From Octopus vulgaris (lineage: Eukaryota): 64,000 nt of DNA. The notes under the pieces are model-generated. The model saw nothing but the letters and a program-made list of their open reading frames with translations. It was not told the origin of the DNA and did not search any database. The first letter of the stretch is position 1. Every line of letters starts with the position of its first letter. The position numbers and the translations under genes are program-made. This document shows, piece by piece, positions 53,990-64,000 of the stretch. The stretch is from NCBI GenBank assembly GCA_951406725.2, contig OX597835.1, positions 48,608,001 through 48,672,000 on the forward strand, read 5' to 3'.

Positions 53990-54900
53990 TTCGAGGCAGT
54001 GCTGTTGCTGGTGATGACGACAACGATGACAATGATGATGGTGGCGGTGGTGCTGGTGGTGGTGGTGGTTGAAGTGGTGAAGGCTGCGGCGTTTATGAAT
54101 GTGTTGATGTTCACAGTGGTGTTTATTGTGGTGGTTCTACTCCCGTTGATGTTGCTGCTGATGTTGGTGATGATGTTCATGAGTATTGGCGGAGGTAGTC
54201 GCAGTGTTGTTTTCACTTTTGGCAGTCTTGAAATAGGCGGTCGTGGAAGCAGTGGCAGTGATAATGATGATGGTGGTGGTGGTGGTGGTGATGGTGGTGG
54301 TAATGGTGGTTGTGGTGGTGGTGGTGGTGGTGGTGGTGGTGGTAATGGTGGTTGTGGTGGTGGTGGTGGTGGTGGTGATGGTGGTGATGGTGGTGGTGGA
54401 CTTCGTAATGACACATTCGTGTTAGGTGCCAGTGGTAAAGATTTTGTTGTTGTTAGTGGTAACGCTTGTGGTAGAGAAAGTGAAAGTAGTTGTGTTGCGG
54501 TGTTGTTGGTTGTCGTGGTGGTGATGGTGATAGGAGTCGGTGGTAACAATGAATTTGATGGTGGTGTTGAGGATTGTTGATGTTGTTGATGGTGGAGGTG
54601 GTGGTGATGGTGGTGGTAGTTGTCGTTGTCGTCGTGGTAGAACAGGTAGTGGTTGCGATGACGGTGATGGTGGTGGTTGTGGTGGTTGTAGTAGTGGTGG
54701 TGCTAGTGGTAGTGGTAATAGTGGTAGTTGTGGTGGTGTTGTGGGTGGTGGTTCTGGTGGTTGCACTGAAGATGGCTGGTTGTGGTGGTGGAGGTGGTAA
54801 TACCGGTGATTTAGATGCTTTCGTTGATGTAATTCGGTGGTGATGGTCATCGTTAAAATAGCGGTGGAATTGTTAGCTGCGGTGGTCGTCATCGTTGCTG
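53990..54900 (+). repeat. Degenerate (GGT/GTT/GAT)n low-complexity tract
   Basis: Visible; it is the source of the poly-G/P/H/V ORFs. Confidence 0.9.
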
Positions 54901-55148
54901 TTGTGGATTCATCCTTATTCAGTAGCGCTATGATGAAACAAATTCCACTCATATGACCAATGTCTCTACATTGGACATAGGACAGACTCAGGGTTGAATA
55001 GCAACAGAAAAAGTGATAATAGCAACAAATGGAAGTTTATTTGTCTTTGATTAGAAGAAAATAACTTGATATATTGAAGTATATACGCTCACAGGGGAAT
55101 ATGTGTGTGCGCATGTATACAAAGATGTGTGTGTTTATATATGTATGG

Positions 55149-55218
<70 letters not shown>

Positions 55219-55254
55219 GCATGTATGGATGTATGTATATGTATATCTGTATGT

Positions 55255-56869
55255 GTACTTGAAAGATTACAATTGGTGGTAGAAAAAATTTCTTCTGCTC
55301 TGATAACCAATATCACCTTCAAATACGAGACAGTGCAGTGGGAACGAAAGTCGCCCCGATGTTTTCGACCCTCAGTACGGGATTACACGAAAAAAAATTT
55401 GTACCCTCCTTGGAATAAATTTTAATCAACATTTCTAATTCTATTCAAGAGGGAACTGGAAAAGATTTCTGGATGACTGATTCATACTTTCGAAGAAAAT
55501 TGAGGAAGACCTTACGCAACCACTTAAATTAATAAATAGCTTTCATGAATTGCTCCAGTTTACTATGCAGAGGAATGAGAGGGAACCTCTTTTCTGGACA
55601 TTCGGACAATCAAAGGAAATGGGACAATTCTAACCGATCCCTTCTGCAAGGGCACAGGAACGCTACAATATTTGGATTTCAAATCGTGCAGCCTTTCTCA
55701 CACACAAATTACATAACATTCAATATGGCAAGGCGTATATGCTCGATAGCTACAGAAGCAAAAAGACGAGAGAATCGCCTGATAGAATTCAATATGTTCC
55801 TTCAGAAAAAAATAATTTCCCAAAAGCTACACAAATAATGCCCTACTTAGTCTCTGCTTTTCGGAGAAAACTCAAAAGGACGGGGAGAAGCAAAACAACA
55901 AACATAAATATTCCATTTGTAAGTCACCCACCATCCTAGAAACTACAACATTCTAAATTCGGCCAAACGACACCTCACAATTTTACATCGGTCATCGAAT
56001 CTACGACAAAGAATTAAAGAATGCAATAAATCAATAGTTGAAGACAACCACCAAATCCCAAAAGTCTAATAAGAAAGGTGAGATTCATATGGAAGAAAGA
56101 CAGGATACAGGTAACAAACTGTAGAGATTCAAGAATGAAAAGGAATTGAAGATGAATGCAAACACTAATTTCAAAACAGAATGTCTCGATTAATAGGAGC
56201 AGGAGTGGCTGTGTGGTAAGAAGCTTTCTTCCCAACCACATGGTTCCGGGTTCAGTCCGACTGTGTGGTACCTTGAGCAAATGTCTTCTATTATACCCTC
56301 TGACCGACCAAAGCCTTGTGAGTGGATTTGATAGATGGAAACTGAAAGAAGCCCGTCATACACACACACATATATATATATATATATGTAAATGTGTATT
56401 TGCGTGTCTATGTATGTCCCCCCACCCCATCGTTTGACAACCGATGTTGGCATGTTTTCGTCCCCGTAACTTAATGGTTCAGCAAAAGAGACATATAGAA
56501 TAAGTGCTAGGCTTACAAAGAATAAGTCTTGGGGTCGATTTGTACGACAAAAAGCGGTGCTCCAGCATGGCCACTGTCAAATGACTGAAACAAATAGAAT
56601 AAATAAAAGCAATAAAAAAGGATGCATCAACCACCCACAAAGCAATAAGAATTTCATCGGAGAAGCGGGAACCGAAAGTAACCAACCAAGCGTGAATGCA
56701 CAAACAGCAATTTAAAGACGTGTTACAGACAGAAAATATCTTGGCATTTGTGAAGATGGAAAATTTAAAATATTCCCATTTTTACAAATTAAAAGGTTAA
56801 AATGTACAATTACGAAAGCTAAAAGAATAGTCTATAAGAATTCTAAATCCGAAACTAAACCGGAAATAG
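55255..56869 (+). pseudogene. Penelope-like element ORF remnant (RT C-terminal half, thumb, linker, GIY-YIG endonuclease), interrupted by a SINE
   Basis: FCSDNQYHLQIRDSAVGTKVAP, NWKRFLDD*FIL (catalytic DD), SFLDI, KGTGTLQYLDFKSC, ITFNMARRICSI, IPFVS and RQPPNPKSL; after the SINE come NFIGEAG..HKQQFK, KFKIFP and IRILNPKLNRK*. Confidence 0.9.
56196..56610 (+). mobile_element. Full-length SINE family A nested in the PLE
   Basis: GGAGCAGGAGTGGCTGTGTGGTAAG through CAAATGACTGAAACAAATAGAATAAA. Confidence 0.9.
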
Positions 56870-57586
56870 TAAGCATCATTACTAAAATCAACTTCCTCTA
56901 TACACATTATCTCGTAATACGTGTGTTTGAAAAACTGAAAAACGAAACGGCAAACAATAAACGAAATAGGAAAAATGTTTCGTTCTGATAATGGCGGTTG
57001 GGGTTGTTGCTGTCATTTTTGTCATTGCTTTATCGTTTACGACTTGTTCGTTTGTGTTGTTGGAGATGTTGTCATTGTTTCGGATGTTGTTGATGTCGTT
57101 ATTGTTGTGCTTGTCACTGATGATGATGTTGTTGTCCTTGCCGTTTTCATTGTTGTTGTTGTCATTATTAATGTGGTCGTCGCCCTTGTCGTCCTTGAAA
57201 CAAAACATTTGTGACATCCGGTTTTCAAACGACAAAAAACAAAGCGAAAAGAAACATTTTCATAGTTTCTAACTTTTAAGAAATATTCTTTAAATATTTT
57301 GACTGCATAAAAAATGAAGCGTTTTACAAAGTGCAACGGTTGGCGTTCTTATAGCGTGTTTAAAATATGCGCGTTTGTAGCTTGGTGCAGAAGTGAAAGT
57401 TACATAGATCTAGGATCTCCATTTGTCTTTCAAGGCCGCCATTTTGTAGTTCAATCCTGTGATATGCTAAAGTAAGAATTTCTTAGCCTCTTTGTCTATT
57501 TGACTATTTAGCCTCTCTCTGATACACACACAAACACACACCTAATTCTTACTCTCTCTCTCTCTAACTATCAGTCTCTATTTCTC

Positions 57587-57624
<38 letters not shown>

Positions 57625-57903
57625 AACCTTTCTCTGCTTCTTGTTCTCTGTCACTGCCTGTGTGTCTCAATGAAAGTCTATATCGCGTGCAAACGCTGAA
57701 TTGATCTGCCAGGCTGACGAGAGACGCTAATTAAGAACTCTCCAGTTGATAATAGATTTCTTCCGTGAGGAAACAAATACTCCAGCCAGAATATTCCGCA
57801 CACACACACACACATATCTATATGTACATATATACACATATTCATATACGCACGCACGTATATTCATACATATATATATATACATTTATGCATACATATA
57901 TGC

Positions 57904-57991
<88 letters not shown>

Positions 57992-58415
57992 GAATGTCTG
58001 TGCGTTTGTGCATGCGTGCAGGTACACATATACACGCAAACATGTACGTATATGTATGAATGTATATATCTGTTTTATCTGCTTTTATATATACATAAAT
58101 ATATATATGTGTGTGTGCGTGTGTTCCTATATATATACGTGTATGCTTATGTATGTATACATTTATTTATGAATATATACGTAACTGTACATTTTTTCTC
58201 TTTTCAAAAAAAACAACACAAACATCCCATAATCCACTGCGACCGTTTAATTTGCCATCACTCCTTTCATCCATGTTTCATTTTAATTTTTGTGATTTTA
58301 GCCTTTGTTTTTTGATTGTCAAATATTTACAACATCCTTTTCACCACTTTTCATTGTAAAACGACTTGTATTTCTCTCTCTCTCTCTCTCTCTTTCTTTC
58401 TCTCTCTCCCTCTCT

Positions 58416-58497
<82 letters not shown>

Positions 58498-58643
58498 TTT
58501 TATATGCTTCTATCAATATCTGCACGGAAATCCTTTGCGTTTTCGATTATACGAACGTGAATATGTTTATGTTTATACATATATGTGTGTGCGTGGATGT
58601 ATGATACAACTATCTCATAATTTATCTATCTGTAAATACATAA

Positions 58644-58674
<31 letters not shown>

Positions 58675-59237
58675 TGTATGTATGTATGTATGTATGTATG
58701 TGTGTATGTATGTGTATAGTCATATACATATGATCATCAGTCGGTATAACTAAAGCAATAAAGAGCCCAGATTATTATTGATCCAGAATAATATTCGAAA
58801 ATTAATAGACAGAAAGGCAACAACGGTTGTTTCCAAAATGTCCATCCTTCACGTACCTGTAAAAGTCCCGTGCGCTCCAAACCTTGGTCCAATGAGATTT
58901 AAATCTGGCGAGATTTGAGACCAAAAATTTGGCATTACTAGATCGTAAAAAATGTCTGACATCCATTCTCATGGTAGGTGGGCTTCGGGTGAAAGTGGAA
59001 AGTCATGTTGGAACTCGCATGGCCTTCCGTTATGTATTTATGTATTTCAACCATCCAGCTGCCCGCGGCTCCTCAGCCTCTCCAACAGCATTAATTCCGA
59101 GACCTTATGGAGAGATGGTAGGCGACCTGATACTAACTTCGTTACTCACCATTCTTAAAACCATCACTACTGCTAAAAACTTAGTGTGCCTCACTTCAGG
59201 GACATAAGAGGAATCTTTGCACAATCGGTTACCAAAC

Positions 59238-59282
59238 TCCTGACGGAGTTTCGAACTTGGTCGAAGTTTTCACGTCAGAAAA
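59238..59282 (-). ncRNA. Degenerate hammerhead-like motif
   Basis: Minus strand reads TTTT-CTGACGT-GAAAACTT-CGACC-AAGTTC-GAAAC-TCC-GTC-AGGA. A9 is changed to T, stem II is AACTT/AAGTT, and the triplet is GUC. Confidence 0.5.
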
Positions 59283-59757
59283 GGACCGAACTTGCAACGA
59301 ACGTGGCAATATTTATTCTTGTAAAATAACCATTTGACAAGTATGAAACAGATTTTCCTTGGGTTCTGACAAGTTAATTCCAACCCCTAATTCCAACCCC
59401 TGAAGAACTTCGGTGATGGCCCTTATTGAACTTCGAATATTATCATCGATGATGCTTTCAACCCATTGGATGATTTGCCGTGTCTTTACAGTCTCCCAAC
59501 CTTTCGGTTTCTTTTCTCTTTAATACAACTGAAATATTCCCGTCAGAAGCTTCCAATTCATTTAGAAAACACACATATCTGAAATTAACATCAATAAATA
59601 ATTTGAAATTAATTACAGAAAACGGTATGGTCATTGAAGTAGAACAAATAATTTCAATTCTTTTACGGGTTGTTTGCTAAGATATTTTATATGGAAACTG
59701 TATTTTGGTGAGTTATTTTCATTATTATTAGCAGCAGTAGTAGTAGGAAGAATGCAT

Positions 59758-59895
59758 CGCGCTGGCAGAGACGTTAGCACGCCGAACAAAATGCTTAGCC
59801 GTATACCATCCATTTTACATTTCGAGTTCAAACGTCACCGAGACCGACTTTCAGGTTCGATGAAATAAGTATCAGTCAGGCACTGGGGTTGATGT
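59758..59895 (+). mobile_element. SINE family B fragment
   Basis: GCTGGCAGAGACGTTAGCACGCCG...GAGTTCAAA...CACTGGGGTTGATGTA. Confidence 0.75.
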
Positions 59896-59919
59896 ACGGA
59901 TGTATAAACGTAAATATAA

Positions 59920-60192
59920 AGGTGGATTTAGCAGACGGAAACTGAAAAGAGCCCGTCGTATGTATGTGTGTGTATGATTTTATGTCTGTGTTCGTCGCCC
60001 CATCAACACTTGACAACTGCTGTTGGTGTGTTTACGCCCCGCCCCTAACGTAGCGGTTCGGCAAAACAGAATGGTAAAATAAGTACTAAACTTTAAATAG
60101 TAAGTCCTGAGATCGATTTGCTCGACTAAAACCATTCAAGGCGGTGCCCCAGCATGGCCGCAATTAAATGACTGAAACAAGTAAAAGATAAA
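59920..60192 (+). mobile_element. SINE family A, 5'-truncated
   Basis: GTGGATTTAGCAGACGGAAACTG...AATGACTGAAACAAGTAAAAGATAAA. Confidence 0.85.
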
Positions 60193-60259
60193 GCATACAT
60201 ACATATAGAAGCACCATCCTCAGTCGTCCATGGGTTATACATACACGATCAGCTATGCT

Positions 60260-60460
60260 TTTATTCTTTTATTTGTTTCAGTCATTTGACTGCGGTCGCG
60301 CTGGAGCACCGCCTTTAGCCGAACAAATCAACCCCAGGACTTATTCTTTGTAAGTCTAGTACTTATTCTATCAGTCTCTTTTCCGAATCCCTAAGATACG
60401 GGGACGTAAGCACACCAACAACGGTTGTCAAGCAATAGTGAGGGGGACAAACATAGACAC

Positions 60461-60514
<54 letters not shown>

Positions 60515-60674
60515 CGGGATTCTTTCAGTTTCTGTCAACAAAACCCACTTACAAGGCTTTGGTCGGCCCGAGGCGATAGTAGAAGACACTTGCCGAAGGA
60601 GCCACGCATTGCGACTGAACCCGGGACCATGTGGCTGGTAAGCAAGCTACATGCCACACAGCCACTCCTGCGCC
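60260..60674 (-). mobile_element. Full-length SINE family A, tail-to-tail with the previous copy
   Basis: TTGTTTCAGTCATTTGACTGCGG through CACACAGCCACTCCTGCGCC. Confidence 0.9.
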
Positions 60675-61095
60675 TATATCCACTCCTAAACAAGTTTATA
60701 CACACACACACCTACATGTATATTCGTCTCTGTCTGTCTGTCTGTCTGTAAAATAACAATTCATAACCGCCACACCGCTTCCGGTAAGATTCACAATTCG
60801 TAGGTGAGATAAATGCTGCCGCCATATTTGCCACCCGATCCTACGTATTTTCATTCGTCTTTTGTCATTGGCTCACCGCATAAGTTCGCTAGACTGCGTT
60901 AGTCTCCGTTCGGCAATAATGACCAGATGGGAGACGACAAAATTACACACGGAGACCGAAATGCATCCTGCATAGCGAGTGACTGACTTGTGTGACTCCA
61001 TGCATCTTATTTTATATACAAATAAATAAAACGATGTAAGTCATTTTGTCTTCCTCCGGAAATACATGCATTGTGTTGTTTTATACATATATATA

Positions 61096-61132
<37 letters not shown>

Positions 61133-61808
61133 TCATATATGATATATACTTATATGTACTTATATATATGATACAGTTATAATATTTAGAAAAAGATTTT
61201 TCCAGAATGTTTATTTTAGAAATTACTTTTGGAAATAGTTATGATTTATAGAGAAGTATTTTCTTCGAAATGTTAGGATTAAGAAAAGAACCAAGAATGA
61301 AGAATAGTGGAAGAGCCATTAAATAGTGAGAGAGGAGTAAAGCATGAGGAATAGTAGAAGTGTCATTGAATAGTGAAAGAGGGAGTTGGAGAAGTAAAGT
61401 TGAAAAGTTTGACACACTGACACACTGACATTCGTATTTATTATTATAGATGTATGTATGTAGCAATACTATTGATGTTAATTCTATTGAGACCAAGCTA
61501 TCCATGGCCACCTTGTCTTAGTTTGTAAAAGTATGACATGCGCTATATTACCTAATGTTTTTTCTTTTGAATATGCATTAATCTGTAGCTTGAAGGAAAG
61601 TTGTCTGCTATTTCTAGCAGGCCCTTGCTTTGTCGCCTACGTATTCGTGAGATGGCGTATATGCATATATAAATTTGCATAAGATGTTGAACGCTTGTGT
61701 ATGTACATGTTTGTGTATAGTGATATATGCCTCGATTTGTACGTATCTGTTTGCGTATATGTATATGTTGGTGCTCTACACTATATTAATGCGGAGTGGG
61801 GTATATAT

Positions 61809-61891
<83 letters not shown>

Positions 61892-62399
61892 TAACTGTGA
61901 ATATGTGTGTGTATGTGTTTGTGTGTATGAGTGTATTCATGTATGCGTTTATGCGCGTTCGTCTGGATCTATATGTGTGAGTATAAATCTGTTTTTCCAT
62001 CTGTATATACATGTGTATATGCATGTATGAACGCGTGAATATATGTGTATATACACATCTGTATATATGTGTGTCCCTGTATGTGCAAATATATATGTAT
62101 CAGTGAATGGGTGAACGGGTGTTTTTGTGTTGTACAAGCGCATGCGCACGTGTGTGTTTACACACGTAGAACAAGGCAATATGTGAAGAGTGTCATGTGT
62201 AAATGTATTTCATCTTTCGTAATGAATATCAAAGATGTCAGCTGAGTCGTTCATTATCGCCATATTGTCATCATGGCCGCTGTTGTTGTTCTTGATGTTG
62301 TGTCTGTTTGATGACTTCCCTGGCTGTGGACAGATGGTCATCAGAAGGCTGGGATACGATGGTTAAGGTACGGGGATGGAAAAAGGGTCAAGGGTGGAT

Positions 62400-62532
62400 G
62401 AAGGAGAGAGAGAATGTGTGAGAGAGAGAGAGAGAAAGGATCAGTGAATTGGAAATAGCGACAGAGAATACGATGAAGAAGTGTGAAGAGAGCATTTGGA
62501 AACAAGAGAGAAATAAAGGGAAAGAATCAATA

Positions 62533-62573
<41 letters not shown>

Positions 62574-62848
62574 TAGAAAAGTGAAGGGAAGGGAAGATAA
62601 TGAGGGAATAGTATAACGAAGAGTGGCAGAGAAAAAGTAGAAGAGTTAAGAGAATAGGAGAGATGGAAACAAAATCAGAGAGAGTGGGAGAATCAGAACT
62701 TGAGAGAGAGGGGGAGTGAGAAAGAGTGAGGGAAAGACAAAGAAAGGGAATCAATGAGAGGTGGAACGTAAAAGAGTGAAAGAGGGAAAGCAGCAGGAGA
62801 GTCAGAGGAGAATAGAAGGCGAAAACTAACAAAAAAGCACTTCTATGC

Positions 62849-62885
<37 letters not shown>

Positions 62886-62973
62886 CAAAGCGTACGAGAG
62901 AGGGAAAGGGAGAGGAAGAGAGATCATATCTGCAAAAGAAAGGAGTGGTACAGTTTATATCTGAAAGAGAGAC

Positions 62974-63018
<45 letters not shown>

Positions 63019-63160
63019 GAGAAAGAGAGACAGACAGACAGAAGTTGAGGTAGAGACAGATAGGCAGACAGGCAGAGAGAAATAGAAATATACAGATTGT
63101 CGCGGGGGGTGGGGGTGGCAGTGACACGGAGCGATCTGGAAAGAGAGAGAGGGGGGAGCA
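62400..63160 (+). repeat. Purine-rich (GA)n/(GACA)n low-complexity tract
   Basis: Directly visible. Confidence 0.9.
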
Positions 63161-63377
63161 TGTAGGAAAGTAGTATCTGGGGGAGAATGACTTTCAGAGT
63201 GAGGGTTAGAGGAAATACTGAGGATTAGAGGGTCATACGATGATTTTCATTTGCCCCGTGACTTCCTTTTTTATGCATCGCTTTATGGGAACTAAATATG
63301 TGTATGTGCGTGTGTGTGTGTGTGTGTGCGTGTGTGTGTGTGTGTATATATATATACACATGTTACCTTTGACAAAT

Positions 63378-63727
63378 GGTAAGGCGCATGGCTCAGTGAA
63401 GGCACATGGCTCAGTGGTTAGAGCGTCGAGCTTACGATCGTGAGGTTGTGAGCTCGAATCCCGGACCGGGCTGCGTGTTGTGTTCTTGAGCAAGGCACTT
63501 TATTTCACGTTGCTCCAGTTCACTCAGCTATAGAAATGAGTTGCGACGTCACTGGTGCCACCTTTGTCTTTCCCTTGGATAACACTGGTGGTGTGGAGAG
63601 GGGAGGCTGGTATGCATGGGCGACTGCTGGTCTTCCATAAACAACCTTGCCCGGACTTGTGTCTAGGAGGGTAACTTTCTAGGTGCAATCCCATGGTCAT
63701 TCATGACCGAAGGGGGGGTCTTTACCC
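63378..63727 (+). mobile_element. Young tRNA/CORE-like SINE with perfect 15-bp TSD and duplicated 5' end
   Basis: TSD TTACCTTTGACAAAT at 63363-63377 and 63728-63742. A box TGGCTCAGTGG, B-box-like GCTCGAATCC, core TGTGTTCTTGAGCAAGGCACTT. AAGGC(G/A)CATGGCTCAGTG occurs twice (63381-63416). Confidence 0.92.
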
Positions 63728-64000
63728 TTACCTTTGACAAATATGACAAAGCGTATTCAATACATACTCTAGCGTACCATAGATGTATCATACTTCTTTT
63801 TGTTCGTTACAAATAGCGATTGCTCTAAGGTTTTTTTATGAGCAGAAGCCCAAGGGGTATTTGTTCGTCAATGAGTCGTTGCCAAACCGTAAAACTTGTC
63901 TGGAAACTGATCTTTACTTTCTGTGCACCAAAAGAATAATAAGACGGGTTCCTGTATGTTCAAATTTTCTCAGGGAATTACCTTCAAAATACGTTAACTA

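Noticed and set aside
53938-54952. Pro-, Gly- and His-rich ORFs resembling extensin or glycine-rich proteins
   Set aside because: Degenerate (GGT)n is open in several frames on both strands, and I saw no supporting gene structure.
57712-57748. CTGACGA-GAGA...TCTC hammerhead-like half
   Set aside because: No GAAA follows the stem.
63399-63475. tRNA gene-like sequences (also at 15965-16036, 48211-48283 and 6970-7036)
   Set aside because: A/B boxes are present but the acceptor stems are not convincing and each continues into a SINE body, so they are called SINE heads rather than tRNAs.

Overview
This is eukaryotic, AT-rich and microsatellite-saturated DNA, either intergenic or intronic. The SINE complement points to an octopus (cephalopod) genome, but that is an inference from recalled repeat families. 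I found no intact host gene. Almost every ORF in the supplied track is a translated microsatellite. Recognisable content: (1) two decayed R4/Dong-type non-LTR retrotransposon remnants (1-1290 and about 23540-24590, both minus strand); (2) two decayed Penelope-like elements (PLEs), one with RT on the minus strand at 34470-35308 and an inverted terminal repeat pair at 35758-36046, the other with RT plus GIY-YIG on the plus strand at 55255-56869; (3) dozens of tRNA-derived SINE copies from at least four families, some with clear target-site duplications (TSDs); (4) several palindromes and templated inversions, some centred on (TA)n. The most interesting signal is about a dozen minimal type-I hammerhead-ribozyme-like motifs in short non-coding repeats that mostly sit next to (TA)n tracts. 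They include a head-to-head palindromic double hammerhead (16361-16488), a recurrent non-canonical CCGANGA core, and a tRNA-headed SINE-like element with a hammerhead-like 3' module (47949-48293). Together these suggest a family of non-autonomous, PLE-mobilised ribozyme retroposons. All folds and translations were done by eye and need computational and biochemical confirmation.
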